Assembly (NCBI GenBank): GCA_963695555.1 | Contig: CAVOGR010000007.1 | Location: 767,080-831,079 of the forward strand | DNA from: an uncultured Gemmatimonadales bacterium | Lineage (GTDB): Bacteria; Gemmatimonadota; Gemmatimonadetes; Gemmatimonadales; GWC2-71-9 | DNA: 64,000 nt | Reading direction: 5' to 3' | Shown here: piece by piece, positions 48,461 through 58,780 of the stretch | How the letters are laid out: each line of letters opens with the position of its first letter | Numbering within the stretch: the stretch's first letter is position 1 | Translations under genes and position numbers: made by a program | Notes under the pieces: model-generated | Database searches by the model: none | What the model saw: only the letters and a program-made list of their open reading frames with translations | What the model was told of the DNA's origin: nothing

Positions 48461-49171
48461 ATGGCAGCCACATCCACCGCATTCGTCACCGGGGCCACCG
48501 AGGGCATCGGCCGCGCCATTGCGTTTGCGCTGGCTCGGGCCGGGTATAACGTCGGGGTATGCGCCCGAAACGAGCCGCGAGTCGAGTTACTGGTCACGGA
48601 ACTGCGTTCGCTCGGCGTAGCTGCGGCCGGTGCAGGCGCGGACGTGAGTTCCGAACGCGATGTCGCCCGGGTCATCGGGCAGGTCGTCGAGACCCTGGGC
48701 CCTATTGAAGTCCTGATCAACAATGCGGGCATCGGCATCGTCAAACGGATCGAGGATCTCGAGCTCGACGAGTGGGATGCGACAATGGCCACCAACGTAC
48801 GTTCCTTGTTTCTCACCACCCGCCAGGTGCTCCCCGGCATGCGGCAGCGGCGCGCGGGGACCATTGTGAACATCGCAAGCCTCGCCGGCCGCAACGGATT
48901 TGTGGGGGGAACGGCCTATGCCGCCTCGAAACATGCCGTGCTGGGGTTCAGCCGGTCGTTAATGCTCGAGACGCGACAAGACAATATTCGCGTCATCGCC
49001 TTGTGTCCGGGTTCGGTCGACACCGCCATGCTCATGAACCAACCCTTGCTCGCGCGAGACGCCAGTAGCATTCTCCAGCCGGAGGACGTCGCCCATTTGG
49101 TGTTACAGAGCTTGGCGCTGCCGGTTCGGGCGCTCGTCAGCGAACTCGACCTCCGGCCGACCAATCCGTAA
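48461..49171 (+). CDS. Short-chain dehydrogenase/reductase (SDR)
   Basis: TGATEGIGRA glycine motif, NNAG, and YAASKHAV catalytic YxxxK. Confidence 0.85.
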   Translation: MAATSTAFVTGATEGIGRAIAFALARAGYNVGVCARNEPRVELLVTELRSLGVAAAGAGADVSSERDVARVIGQVVETLGPIEVLINNAGIGIVKRIEDLELDEWDATMATNVRSLFLTTRQVLPGMRQRRAGTIVNIASLAGRNGFVGGTAYAASKHAVLGFSRSLMLETRQDNIRVIALCPGSVDTAMLMNQPLLARDASSILQPEDVAHLVLQSLALPVRALVSELDLRPTNP

Positions 49172-49192
49172 TCACGTGTCCGTCGCCACGAG

Positions 49193-49411
49193 GTGCCCCT
49201 GAGCGGTGTCCGCATTTCTCGGTGCGTCTGCCTCCGAGCACCCTTTGCGGGGCTGCTGACCCGCGCCCGGGCGTCGGCTTGGAACTTGCAATCGCTCATG
49301 CGTGAAACGGGGTGCGGCGCCCAGTGCGGGCTCTGCCGGCCGTATCTCCGCAGAATGCTCGAGACGGGAGAGACGGTGTTCGCGGAAATCCTGACCGAGG
49401 ACGCACCCTGA
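49193..49411 (+). CDS. BFD-like [2Fe-2S]-binding domain protein
   Basis: CVC ... CGAQCGLC cysteine pattern typical of bacterioferritin-associated ferredoxin-like domains. Confidence 0.5.
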   Translation: MPLSGVRISRCVCLRAPFAGLLTRARASAWNLQSLMRETGCGAQCGLCRPYLRRMLETGETVFAEILTEDAP

Positions 49412-49476
49412 GTCTGCCAACCAGCCCACCCACCACGACCGAGGGCCGTCCCACCGGCTCCTGGCGCATCGAGGCG

Positions 49477-51018
49477 GTGCCCCAGTCCGCTCGCGAGTGG
49501 TGGAAACGGCTATACTCGACCACGGGGCTCACCTTTTGGACCGTCGTCCTGGGCTGGGCAGCCATCGTTCTCATCCGACGGGAACGGTTGGAGGGGTACG
49601 CATTGGCAGTCGCGGCCACGGGCTTGGGCGTCTTCGCGCTCCAACGCAATTTGCTCCTCAGGAGACGCTACGAATCCCGGGTCCGCACCGCGCTCGGCAC
49701 GGCCGCCGCACGGAACCGGGAGCTCGAGACCCTCCGTCGCCTCGCCTCGAGCCTCTTGGCCGGAAGAGAGTTGCCGGAACTCTTCAGGGAAATCGCGGTT
49801 GCCGCCACCGAACTCATCCAGGCCAAGGTGGGCCTCGTGTGCATGCTGGTCGAGGAAGGGCGATTCCTCAAGGTGGTGGCGGCCGCGGGTGGGCCGCCCG
49901 ACATCGTCGGACAGCTGGTGCCGACGGATCATTCGCTCGTCGGGTGGGTGGCCACCACAGAAGAGCCCCTGGTGTCCGAGAACATCGAGGAGGACCCCCG
50001 GAATTATCACATCACCGCCCAGGGCGTCACCCTCCAAACATGTGCAATCGTCCCGCTTCGGTCCGCAGGGGTCGTGATCGGGACCGTCAGCGTGTACGAC
50101 CGCGCTGACGGTCAGTCATTCGATCCCTCCGACGTCAATCTCCTGAATACGCTTGGCCACCAAGTTGTGGTGGGGCTCGATCGCACCAACATGCTGAACG
50201 AGTCTCGGCAGTACGCCAAGGCCCTCGCCGCCAAGAACGTGGAGCTCCTCCGCACCACCCAGCTCAAGGACCAGTTCCTCGCCAACATGTCCCACGAGCT
50301 CCGGACCCCGCTGAACGCAATCATCGGCTTTTCCGACCTCCTCCTCACAGAGGAACTCGGCTCGGTGAACTCGCAGCAACGGGACTTCCTCGATTCGGTG
50401 TCGCGCAATGGACAACACCTCCTCGAACTGATCAATGAGGTTCTCGATCTCTCGAAGATCGAAGCCGGACGCATGAAGCTCGACTTCGCCCGCACCGAGC
50501 TGGCCGACGCCATCCGGGGTGCCGTTGCCGACACGGAGAGCCTGCGAGCCTCCAGGCAGCAGACCTGCGCTCTCCACCTGGAGGATGCCCCTTTCGCCGT
50601 CGTCGCGGATGGGACCCGGGTGCGGCAGATCCTCTACAACCTGCTGTCCAATGCGTCCAAGTACACCACCACCGGCGGGCACATCAACATCTCGGCGGTG
50701 AAGACCCGGGCCCCGCTTCCCTACTCGATCGACGGGGCCGTGGGCGATACCCGCCTGGTCACCCGCGACGCCATCTGGGTATCGGTCATGGACAACGGCA
50801 TCGGAATCCGGCCGGACGACCTTGGGACGCTCTTTAGCGAATTCACGCAGGTAGATAGCTCAGCCAGCCGAGATCAACAGGGCACCGGCCTTGGCCTCGC
50901 CTTGTGCAAGCGGCTCGTGGAGCTTCACGGAGGCGCGATCGGGGTGGAGTCGATTTACGGGACGGGCAGCGCGTTCTGGTTCATCCTGCCGGTCGAGGGG
51001 CCGCGCACCACCGCCTGA
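49477..51018 (+). CDS. GAF-domain sensor histidine kinase (membrane anchored)
   Basis: Probable GTG start with GAGG upstream, TM segment, GAF domain, H-box NMSHELRTPLNAI, N/G1/G2 boxes. The track start at 49312 overlaps the BFD-like gene. Confidence 0.85.
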   Translation: MPQSAREWWKRLYSTTGLTFWTVVLGWAAIVLIRRERLEGYALAVAATGLGVFALQRNLLLRRRYESRVRTALGTAAARNRELETLRRLASSLLAGRELPELFREIAVAATELIQAKVGLVCMLVEEGRFLKVVAAAGGPPDIVGQLVPTDHSLVGWVATTEEPLVSENIEEDPRNYHITAQGVTLQTCAIVPLRSAGVVIGTVSVYDRADGQSFDPSDVNLLNTLGHQVVVGLDRTNMLNESRQYAKALAAKNVELLRTTQLKDQFLANMSHELRTPLNAIIGFSDLLLTEELGSVNSQQRDFLDSVSRNGQHLLELINEVLDLSKIEAGRMKLDFARTELADAIRGAVADTESLRASRQQTCALHLEDAPFAVVADGTRVRQILYNLLSNASKYTTTGGHINISAVKTRAPLPYSIDGAVGDTRLVTRDAIWVSVMDNGIGIRPDDLGTLFSEFTQVDSSASRDQQGTGLGLALCKRLVELHGGAIGVESIYGTGSAFWFILPVEGPRTTA

Positions 51019-51021
51019 CGC

Positions 51022-51750
51022 TCAGCCGCGCGCGGCCGCCCGCCGCACCGCCAGTTCCTTCTCGACGCGGGCGCGGATCATCTCAATCCCAATCTGGTTT
51101 TGGCCGCCCTCCGGCAGGATCACGTCGGCATAGCGCTTCGAGGGCTCGACGAACTCCAGGTGCATGGGCCGGACCGTCGACAAGTACTGCTCGATCACGC
51201 TGTCGAGCGAACGTCCCCGCTCTTGGATATCACGTCGCAATCGGCGAATGAACCGGATATCCTCGGCCACATCCACAAACACCTTGATGTCGAACAAGGA
51301 CCTGAGCCGGGCGTCGGCAAAGAGCAGGATGCCGTCGACCAGAATGACCTCGCGCGGCTCGACATGCATCCGCGTCTGGGCGCGGGTATGCAGCGCGTAG
51401 TCGTACGTCGGCTTTTGAACCGCATGGCCGCGCGCCAGCTGATCGAGTTGCTCCACCAGCAGTGGGACGTCGAAGGCATCGGGATGGTCGTAGTTGACCG
51501 CCTTCCGCTCGTCGAACCCGAGATCGGAAAGGTCGCAGTAATAGGAATCGGCATCCAACAGCACGGCATCCACGCCGAGGGGCTCGTGGATCGCCCGGGC
51601 CACGGTGGTTTTGCCGGAGCCGCTCCCGCCCGCCACTCCGACGATCAGGGAGCGCGCGACCGGGGTCAACGAGGCTCCCGGGTCCGTGGAGGCCTGCCGG
51701 CCGGTACGGGGCACATAGCGTGAAACTGCCCGGTGCGGGGGCGCTCGCAA
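51022..51750 (-). CDS. udk: Uridine kinase
   Basis: VGVAGGSGSGKTT P-loop and udk-like core. N-terminal 30 aa of the track ORF are probably an over-extension. Confidence 0.85.
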   Translation of the reverse strand: MRAPPHRAVSRYVPRTGRQASTDPGASLTPVARSLIVGVAGGSGSGKTTVARAIHEPLGVDAVLLDADSYYCDLSDLGFDERKAVNYDHPDAFDVPLLVEQLDQLARGHAVQKPTYDYALHTRAQTRMHVEPREVILVDGILLFADARLRSLFDIKVFVDVAEDIRFIRRLRRDIQERGRSLDSVIEQYLSTVRPMHLEFVEPSKRYADVILPEGGQNQIGIEMIRARVEKELAVRRAAARG

Positions 51751-51780
51751 GGGCCACCGGCTGCGGAGTGCGGAGTGGGC

Positions 51781-52173
51781 CTACGCATCATCAAGAAGAG
51801 CCTCGGCCTCGATCTCGACTAGGATGTCCGGTGCGATGAGCCGCTGTACCTCCACCATGCTGGTGGCCGGCCGGATATCGCCGAAGAAGGCGCGATGCGC
51901 ATCACCGACGGCCTCCCACGCGGTGATATCGACGACGTAGATGCGCGTTCGGACGACATCGGCAAGCGTGGCACCGAGGCCGCGCAGGGCGGTTTCGATG
52001 TTCTTGATGGCTTGAATGGTCTGGGCGTACGGGTCATCCAGCCCGACGATGTTGCCATCGGCTCCGGTAGCTGTTGTACCGGACACATAGACATGGGGTC
52101 CCATCCGTACCGCCCGGGAGTAGCCGACGAGCGGCTCCCACGTCGTCCCGCTCGATAGGTTCCTGCGTTCCAT
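51781..52173 (-). CDS. RidA/YjgF family deaminase
   Basis: Typical about 130-aa RidA sequence ([16 protein letters not shown] ... [11 protein letters not shown]). Confidence 0.85.
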   Translation of the reverse strand: MERRNLSSGTTWEPLVGYSRAVRMGPHVYVSGTTATGADGNIVGLDDPYAQTIQAIKNIETALRGLGATLADVVRTRIYVVDITAWEAVGDAHRAFFGDIRPATSMVEVQRLIAPDILVEIEAEALLDDA

Positions 52174-52194
52174 CTGGTACCTCCAAGCGCTGCC

Positions 52195-52677
52195 TCATAC
52201 CTCCTGAGCGGAATGCACCACCACGGGGTCGAGCGGCACGTCGTCGTGTCCCGCACGCGCACCGCAGGAAACGGCAGCGATCGTGTCCACCACGTCCATT
52301 CCTTCCACCACCTCACCGAAGACGGCGTACCCAAAGTCCCGCGCTCCATGATCGAGAAAGGCATTATCCGCCAGATTCACGAAGAACTGCGAGGTGGCGC
52401 TGTTCACGTCCGCCGTCCGGGCCATCGAGAGCGTGCCGCGCGTATTCTTCACTCCATTGTCCGCCTCGTTCTTGATCCCGCCGCGAGCCGGCTTTTGCGA
52501 CATCGCCGGGGTGAAGCCTCCGCCTTGAATCATGAAGCCCGGCAACACGCGATGGAAGATGGTGCCGTCGTAGAAGCCCTCGCGCACATAGGTCAGGAAG
52601 TTCTCCGTCGTGATCGGAGCCCGGTCGGTATAGAGCTCGACCGTGAAGGTGCCACGCGACGTGCGGAATTCAACCAT
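52195..52677 (-). CDS. Peptidyl-prolyl cis-trans isomerase, cyclophilin type
   Basis: [15 protein letters not shown] ... FFVNL ... [14 protein letters not shown]. Confidence 0.9.
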   Translation of the reverse strand: MVEFRTSRGTFTVELYTDRAPITTENFLTYVREGFYDGTIFHRVLPGFMIQGGGFTPAMSQKPARGGIKNEADNGVKNTRGTLSMARTADVNSATSQFFVNLADNAFLDHGARDFGYAVFGEVVEGMDVVDTIAAVSCGARAGHDDVPLDPVVVHSAQEV

Positions 52678-52704
52678 CGGAAGCCTCCAGGGGTGACGAT
52701 CCGA

Positions 52705-53373
52705 TCAGCGAAAGGAGACGATCTCTTCGAGCGACTTCCGCCGAATGTCCGGGACCCTCGCATCTGCCGCGGGATATCCCACCACCAACAGAAGAAAGGG
52801 GCGTTCGTGCGCCGGTCGCTCGAGGATGTCGTTCAGGAATTTCATGGGACTCGGGGTATGGGTCAGGGTGGCCAACCCCGCATGATGGAGCGCCGTGATC
52901 AAGATGCCCGTGGCGATGCCAACCGATTCCGTCACATAATAATGCTGCAGCGAATGTCCATCGGGGTCCAGGCCGTGGCGCTCGGCGAAGATGGCGATGA
53001 GCGCGGGTGCCTCTTCCAAGAATGGCTTCCGCTCATCGGTGCCGAGCGGTTCCAGCGCCTCCAACCACTCGGGCGGGGCGCGCCTGGTGTAGAACGCGTG
53101 CTCCTCCCGCTCCGCCGCTTCGCGAATCCGGCGCTTGACGGCCGGATCTTCGACTACCACGAAGTGCCAGGGCTGATGATTGGCTCCGCTCGGTGCGGTG
53201 CCCGCCGCTCGCAGGCACTCCTCGAGAACGGGCCGCGGCACCGGACGGGTCGAGAAGTGCCGCACGCTGCGCCGTCGGCCCATGGCCGCGGCGAAGGACG
53301 CGGCGCGGCGCTCCATTTCCTCAGGTGGGTGCTCCTCGTATCCGGCCAGGGGAACAAAGGATGGTCGCGTCAT
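52705..53373 (-). CDS. Nitroreductase-family protein
   Basis: RRSVRHFS ... [10 protein letters not shown] nitroreductase motifs. ATG at M46 of the track ORF. Confidence 0.75.
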   Translation of the reverse strand: MTRPSFVPLAGYEEHPPEEMERRAASFAAAMGRRRSVRHFSTRPVPRPVLEECLRAAGTAPSGANHQPWHFVVVEDPAVKRRIREAAEREEHAFYTRRAPPEWLEALEPLGTDERKPFLEEAPALIAIFAERHGLDPDGHSLQHYYVTESVGIATGILITALHHAGLATLTHTPSPMKFLNDILERPAHERPFLLLVVGYPAADARVPDIRRKSLEEIVSFR

Positions 53374-53525
53374 AGCTGCCGTTCTTTCCGGATGACGGAT
53401 TGGTGGCGTCGCTGGCCCAAACGAGGCGGTCCCGCCGATATTCCATCGACTCCAAGGACAGTCATTCCCTGACGGGGGGCGCGAGCCGCCACGCCCCGGC
53501 AGCGACATTCAACCGGAGACCCCTG

Positions 53526-54416
53526 ATGCAAGATCTCCTCGCGTACTTCAATCTATCCAACGTGCTGGGCGTGGCCATTACCTTCGCGCCAAAGGTGATT
53601 GCCGCCATCCTGGTCATCGCCGTCTTCTGGATGCTGACGCGGGTGACCACGCCCGGTATTCGGCGACTGCTCGTCCGGGCGCGGTTCGCCGAGCCGCTGA
53701 TCCACCTTCTGGTCGACAACGTGTACCGCTGGACGCTCTTCACCGTCGCCTTGGTGATGGCGGCGAGCCAGCTCGGTATCGATGTCGCCGCCGCCCTGGC
53801 CGGCATCGGCGTGGTGGGCATCGCGGTCGGGTTCGCAGCCCAGGAGACGATCGCCAACATGATTGCCGGCTTCCTGATCTTCTGGGACCGGCCATTCGAA
53901 GTCGGAGACTACGTCACCACCTTGGGCAAGTACGGTCAAGTGCGGGACATCACGATGCGCACCACGCGTATCCGGACGCCGGAGAATACCTTTGTCGTCC
54001 TCCCCAATAAACAAATCATCGGCGAATTGCTGGTGAACCATTCCATGCTCGGTCACATGCGCGTGAACATCCCGCTGGGAATCGCGTACAAGGAGGACAT
54101 CCGCCGCGCCAGGCCGATACTGCTGGAAGCAGCCCGCGCCACGCCGGGCGTGCTGGCCGATCCCGCTCCTGACGTGGTCACCAGCGAGCTGGGCGGATCG
54201 AGCGTCAACCTGCAGGTCCGGGTGTGGATCCATGACGCCAAGGAGGAGTTGTCGGTGTTCTTCAATACCCTCGAGGCCTGCAAGATCGCGCTCGACACCG
54301 CGGGCATCGAAATCCCCTACCCGCACCTCCAGCTGTTCATCGACGACGTGCGCCCACAGGTATGGGACAAGCTCGCGGCGTGGAGCGCCGGATCGCCTGG
54401 CCCGGGCGGCACGTAG
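53526..54416 (+). CDS. Small-conductance mechanosensitive channel (MscS family)
   Basis: Three TM helices and MscS beta domain (FEVGDYVTTLGKYGQVRDITMRTTRIRTPENTFVVLPN). Confidence 0.85.
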   Translation: MQDLLAYFNLSNVLGVAITFAPKVIAAILVIAVFWMLTRVTTPGIRRLLVRARFAEPLIHLLVDNVYRWTLFTVALVMAASQLGIDVAAALAGIGVVGIAVGFAAQETIANMIAGFLIFWDRPFEVGDYVTTLGKYGQVRDITMRTTRIRTPENTFVVLPNKQIIGELLVNHSMLGHMRVNIPLGIAYKEDIRRARPILLEAARATPGVLADPAPDVVTSELGGSSVNLQVRVWIHDAKEELSVFFNTLEACKIALDTAGIEIPYPHLQLFIDDVRPQVWDKLAAWSAGSPGPGGT

Positions 54417-54443
54417 CCGCGCGCGCGCCATCGGCCGCCACGG

Positions 54444-55712
54444 TCACCCGGAGATGGGCAGCCGCACCGGCATTTCCGCCACGGGCCGGTGCTCGGTCTC
54501 GACGGAGGCCCGCACGGCGATGTGGTCGTGATACCACTTCGCGGCCGGAAACGCCGTGATGCCATGAGCGAAGATGCTGAAGAGCACGGTGATCACGGCG
54601 GCCGCCAGGATCGTCTGCTCCCCCACGAGGTCGAACTCTTCGACCAGGATGAGCGCGAAGAGAAGCGAGGCGATGCCGCGGGGCCCGAACCAGCCGATGA
54701 ACAGGGTCGTGGCCGGGCGCAGTCTCAGGCCAGCCAGACTCAGGGCTACCGGCACCATGCGAACGACGGTCAAGCTGAGAAATGCGTAGCTCGCCAGCTG
54801 CCAGGTCATGTGCGCGAAGGCAAGCGGCACCATGACCAGGCCGAAGATCAAGAACATGAGGAGGGTCAGGAGTTGCCCTTCGGCCTCGGCGAATTCGTAG
54901 AGGCAGGTGCAGATTGATCGGCAACAGTTGCCGACGGTGATGCCGGCGGTGAATGCCGCGATGAATCCGTTCCCGCCAACGAGCTCCGCGAGACCGAAGG
55001 CCATGAGTGACAGCCCCAGGGCCGAGAGATCCTGGAAGCTGTGCGTCATCCAGCCGGTTCGACCGCACCACTCGACCAGACGGCCGCCGAAATATCCGAC
55101 GCCCAGACCGATCAGCGGTCCGAGCGTGAGTTGGAGCACCACGAAGCGCCCCCAGTACCCTGCCCCGCCTCCTTGCTCGGACATACCGGCGAAGGACAAG
55201 GCCAGGAGGAGGACGGGCAGGACGATTCCGTCGTTCAGGCCGCTTTCCACATTCAGCGCCTGACGGATCCGCACCGGCACCAGGCTGCTGGACACGACGG
55301 CCTGTCCCAGAGCCGCATCGGTCGGCGCGAGCAGGACCGCCAGGGCTGCCGCTTCCCAGAACTCGAGCCGTGCGCCGAAGATGCCAAGCGCCAGGACGGC
55401 GCCGAGCAGAATCGTCAGTGGCAATCCGACAGCCAGGAGACGGACCGGGATGTCGTGCTCACGTCGGAGCACCCCTAGGTCGATACGCGCCGCATCGGTG
55501 AACAAGACCAGGATGAGCGTCAACTCAGCCAATCCATGGATCCACGGCGCATCGATGCTGAAGCTCTGCAAGCCGAGCAGCGAGGGTCCGATGACAAACC
55601 CATACGCCGCAAACACCATCGGCGGGGTGATGATACTCCGCTGGGCCCGTCCGGACACGGCCCCAAAGCCGATGATCCCGGCCGCGAGAAGGACGAACCC
55701 TACAATCTGCAT
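54444..55712 (-). CDS. Cation:proton antiporter (CPA1 / Na+/H+ exchanger family)
   Basis: Polytopic membrane protein with APTDAAL, GLNDGIVLP and FGPRGIASL motifs. ATG at M44 of the track ORF. Confidence 0.8.
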   Translation of the reverse strand: MQIVGFVLLAAGIIGFGAVSGRAQRSIITPPMVFAAYGFVIGPSLLGLQSFSIDAPWIHGLAELTLILVLFTDAARIDLGVLRREHDIPVRLLAVGLPLTILLGAVLALGIFGARLEFWEAAALAVLLAPTDAALGQAVVSSSLVPVRIRQALNVESGLNDGIVLPVLLLALSFAGMSEQGGGAGYWGRFVVLQLTLGPLIGLGVGYFGGRLVEWCGRTGWMTHSFQDLSALGLSLMAFGLAELVGGNGFIAAFTAGITVGNCCRSICTCLYEFAEAEGQLLTLLMFLIFGLVMVPLAFAHMTWQLASYAFLSLTVVRMVPVALSLAGLRLRPATTLFIGWFGPRGIASLLFALILVEEFDLVGEQTILAAAVITVLFSIFAHGITAFPAAKWYHDHIAVRASVETEHRPVAEMPVRLPISG

Positions 55713-55743
55713 GCGCCCGAGGAGTGTGAGGCTCACCGCCCGG

Positions 55744-56157
55744 TCATCGGGCGTGCGCCAGTGCCGCGGCGACCCGTTCCAGCCGGGCGTGTGCCTCGCC
55801 GGCGATTTCGCGCACGACGGGATCCGCATCGAGATTCCCAACCTTCATGAGCACGGTGGGGTCGCCGATGCGGACGATACTTCCGCCCTCCGGCAGTGCC
55901 TCGACGGTCACGTTACACGGCAGCATGAGCCCCACTTCCGCCGAGTGGTTGAGCGCCCGGTGCGCCAGCACCGGGTTGCAGGCACCGAGGATGACGTACG
56001 GGCGGAACTCTTCGTTGAGCTTCTCCTTGAGCGTCGCCTTGACGTCAATAGTCGTGAGCACACCGAACCCCTCGGCCTTGAGCGCCGCCCGGGCCCGGTC
56101 GATCGCGGTTTGATACGGGGCATCGAGCTGGACTTCGAATCCGAGTCTTTCGGGCAT
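55744..56157 (-). CDS. DUF302 domain protein
   Basis: About 135-aa DUF302-like sequence (FGVLTTIDVKATLKEKL ...). Confidence 0.7.
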   Translation of the reverse strand: MPERLGFEVQLDAPYQTAIDRARAALKAEGFGVLTTIDVKATLKEKLNEEFRPYVILGACNPVLAHRALNHSAEVGLMLPCNVTVEALPEGGSIVRIGDPTVLMKVGNLDADPVVREIAGEAHARLERVAAALAHAR

Positions 56158-56169
56158 GGCGAGTTGTCC

Positions 56170-57414
56170 TTATGAAACTGGTGACTGGTCTCCCTGCCCC
56201 ATGGTTGACACCACCTTCACTTCCGAGTGCAGGGTCCGGTGGACGGGGCAGCGGTCGGCGATCTCCAGGAGCCTTGCCCGCTGGGCGTCATCCAGGGGAC
56301 CGGCGACCTCGATGTTGCGCGTGATCCGATCGATCCGGCCTTCCTTGGTTTCACAATCGCCGCAATCCTTCGCGTGGACCTTGCCGTGGGCAAGTTGCAC
56401 CCGGATCCCCTCGAGAGGCCAGCCTTTCCGGTCGGCATACATGCGAAGCGTCATCGACGTGCACGCCCCGAGCGCAGCCAGCAAGAATTCGTAGGGGTTG
56501 GGGCCGGTGTCGGTGCCCCCCAGATTGACCGGCTCGTCCGCCAGCAGATGGTGCGCGCCAGCCCACACTGAATTGGCAAAACCGGACGGACCACCCTCCA
56601 CCAGGACCTCGCCGTGGGGCAGCCCTGCCAGCGGCCGGACCGCTGGCTCCGTGGGGCGGACATACCGGGTCATCCACGCGGCCAGGGTCCGGCCGATGAA
56701 CGCGGCATCATCCGGATTTTGAAGCAGGAGATGATCGGCACCATCGAGCGAGATGAAGCTCTTGGGGTGCTTGGCTGCGTCGTAGATCTGCCGCGCATGC
56801 TCGATGCCGACTATGGCATCGGTCGGCGAATGGAAGATGAGCAACGGGCGGCCGAGGGTTGTAATGGCAGCGTGGAGGCGCTGCGCGCGCAGGTCCTCGA
56901 GGAGTTGCCGACGGATTCGGAAGGGACGCCCGCCAAGCGAGACCTGGGCAACCGCCTCGCTTTCCAGCTGCGGCGCGGCCCGCTCCAACTTTTCGGCGAG
57001 GTGCGCCGGGTCGCTCGGCGCCCCGATCGTGGCCACCGCCTTCACCGCGGGAAGCCGCTGTGCCACCGCGAGAACCGCGGAGCCGCCGAGGCTGTGGCCC
57101 AAGAGAAGTGACGGGGCCTCCAGGATCGTGCCGAGGTGACGGCACGCGGCTTCCAGATCCGCGAGATTGGACGAGAAATTCGTGTCGGCAAAGTCGCCTT
57201 CGCTCTCGCCCAGTCCGGTAAAGTCGAACGAGAAGACGGCCACGCCTTCATCGACCAGGGCGCGGCTGATCCGGCGGACGGCCTTCAGGTCCTTGGAGCA
57301 GGTGAAGCAGTGCGCGAACAGTGCGGTAGCCCAGTGCCCGTCGTCGGGCCGCTCCAAGCGGGCCACCAGCTGATCGCCGGACGTGCCGGGAAAGCTGAGC
57401 GTTTCGCTGATCAT
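56170..57414 (-). CDS. Bifunctional alpha/beta-hydrolase + OsmC/Ohr-like peroxiredoxin fusion
   Basis: GHSLGG nucleophile elbow in the N-terminal half. C-terminal GPNPYEFLLAALGACTSMT OsmC motif. Confidence 0.75.
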   Translation of the reverse strand: MISETLSFPGTSGDQLVARLERPDDGHWATALFAHCFTCSKDLKAVRRISRALVDEGVAVFSFDFTGLGESEGDFADTNFSSNLADLEAACRHLGTILEAPSLLLGHSLGGSAVLAVAQRLPAVKAVATIGAPSDPAHLAEKLERAAPQLESEAVAQVSLGGRPFRIRRQLLEDLRAQRLHAAITTLGRPLLIFHSPTDAIVGIEHARQIYDAAKHPKSFISLDGADHLLLQNPDDAAFIGRTLAAWMTRYVRPTEPAVRPLAGLPHGEVLVEGGPSGFANSVWAGAHHLLADEPVNLGGTDTGPNPYEFLLAALGACTSMTLRMYADRKGWPLEGIRVQLAHGKVHAKDCGDCETKEGRIDRITRNIEVAGPLDDAQRARLLEIADRCPVHRTLHSEVKVVSTMGQGDQSPVS

Positions 57415-57591
57415 CCTCGACCTCGTGGTGGGGCGGACCGCATCGCTGCGGCTCCGGGGAAGCTAACCGGCTTCGACGGGTGCGGCGAGACGGGAGCCCT
57501 TGACCCGTGCACAACTTGGGGATAACTCCGACGCTTGCCGATTTGTCGGCGGCGAAACACCATGAACGTTCGCCATTGAGGCCTGCGCACG

Positions 57592-58764
57592 ATGTTACAA
57601 CCCCGTAATCGAAGCCTGCACCGTGCAATCCACTTTGGCATCACGGCGCTCGTGGTGGCCGCCGCGGCCTGCGCCACCCGCGCACGCCCGGTCGCCGCAC
57701 CGGCCCCGGTTCCTGCCCTCGAGGAGATCTCCTCGAGCCTGATTCTCATCGGCGATGCTGGGGCACCTGACCCCCGCGGCGAACCGGTATTCCAGGCGCT
57801 CAGGTCCAACATCGCCGATCGGGACGTCGAAACGCTCGTGGTGTTCCTGGGGGATCTGCTGTACCCCCGAGGCCTCCCCGAGGCCGGAGCCGTCGACCGC
57901 GCGGAAGGGGAACGCCGGCTCGCCGCCCAAGCCGATGTCGTGACGGGCACCGACGCGCGCGCGATCCTGATCCCGGGCAATCACGATTGGGCCAAGGGCG
58001 GCGACGGCGGCTGGCAATCGGTGCTCCGCGAGCAGGCCTTCATCGGCAACCGCGGCAACCCTCGGGTCGAATATCTCCCGGGTGACGGCTGTCCGGGCCC
58101 GGCCGTTCGCGACGTCGGGGCCCACCTGCGCGTCATCGTGCTGGACACCCAGTGGTTGCTCCACGGCGGTCCGAAGCCCATGGACTCGGCTCCGCCCTGT
58201 GCCACCGACGCTCCCGGAGGCTGGGTGGCTCTGCTTCGATCGGCCCTCGCGGCGGCGGGCGAACGGCACGTGGCCGTCGTGTCGCACCACCCGCTCCGCT
58301 CCACCGGGCCGCATGGCGGGCATTTCCCGTGGACCGATCACATCTTTCCGCTTCGGGCGTGGAAGAAGTGGCTCTGGGTGCCATTGCCCGTGATCGGCTC
58401 GATCTATCCCCTGTCGCGCAAGTGGGGCATCTCGTCCCAGGACGAATCCAGCGGCGAGTATCGGGCGCTCATCGACACGTTGGAGCAGGCATTCGCCGAG
58501 CACCGCCCGCTCATCTATGCCGCGGGCCACGAGCATGTGCTGGAGATCCTGGACGGAGAGGCGGCGCGTTTTCTCTTGGTGAGCGGAGCCGGATACTACG
58601 GCCATACGAGCCCGGTCGGCTGGCGCGATGAGACGCGCTTCGCCGCGTCGAAGTCTGGTTTCATGCGGGTCGATGTGCTGACATCCAACCGGGTGCGCCT
58701 CGGCGTCTGGATCGCCGACGAAACCGGCCGGGCGGAAGAAGCATTCTCGATGTGGCTCGAATGA
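57592..58764 (+). CDS. Secreted calcineurin-like metallophosphoesterase
   Basis: Signal peptide, then GDAG ... GDLLY ... GNHDW ... SHHPL ... GHEH phosphoesterase motifs. Confidence 0.75.
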   Translation: MLQPRNRSLHRAIHFGITALVVAAAACATRARPVAAPAPVPALEEISSSLILIGDAGAPDPRGEPVFQALRSNIADRDVETLVVFLGDLLYPRGLPEAGAVDRAEGERRLAAQADVVTGTDARAILIPGNHDWAKGGDGGWQSVLREQAFIGNRGNPRVEYLPGDGCPGPAVRDVGAHLRVIVLDTQWLLHGGPKPMDSAPPCATDAPGGWVALLRSALAAAGERHVAVVSHHPLRSTGPHGGHFPWTDHIFPLRAWKKWLWVPLPVIGSIYPLSRKWGISSQDESSGEYRALIDTLEQAFAEHRPLIYAAGHEHVLEILDGEAARFLLVSGAGYYGHTSPVGWRDETRFAASKSGFMRVDVLTSNRVRLGVWIADETGRAEEAFSMWLE

Positions 58765-58780
58765 GCGGGAGGACAACGCG

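Noticed and set aside
52213-53472. 419-aa plus-strand ORF
   Set aside because: Spans and is antisense to the cyclophilin and nitroreductase genes, both with clear motifs. Shadow ORF.
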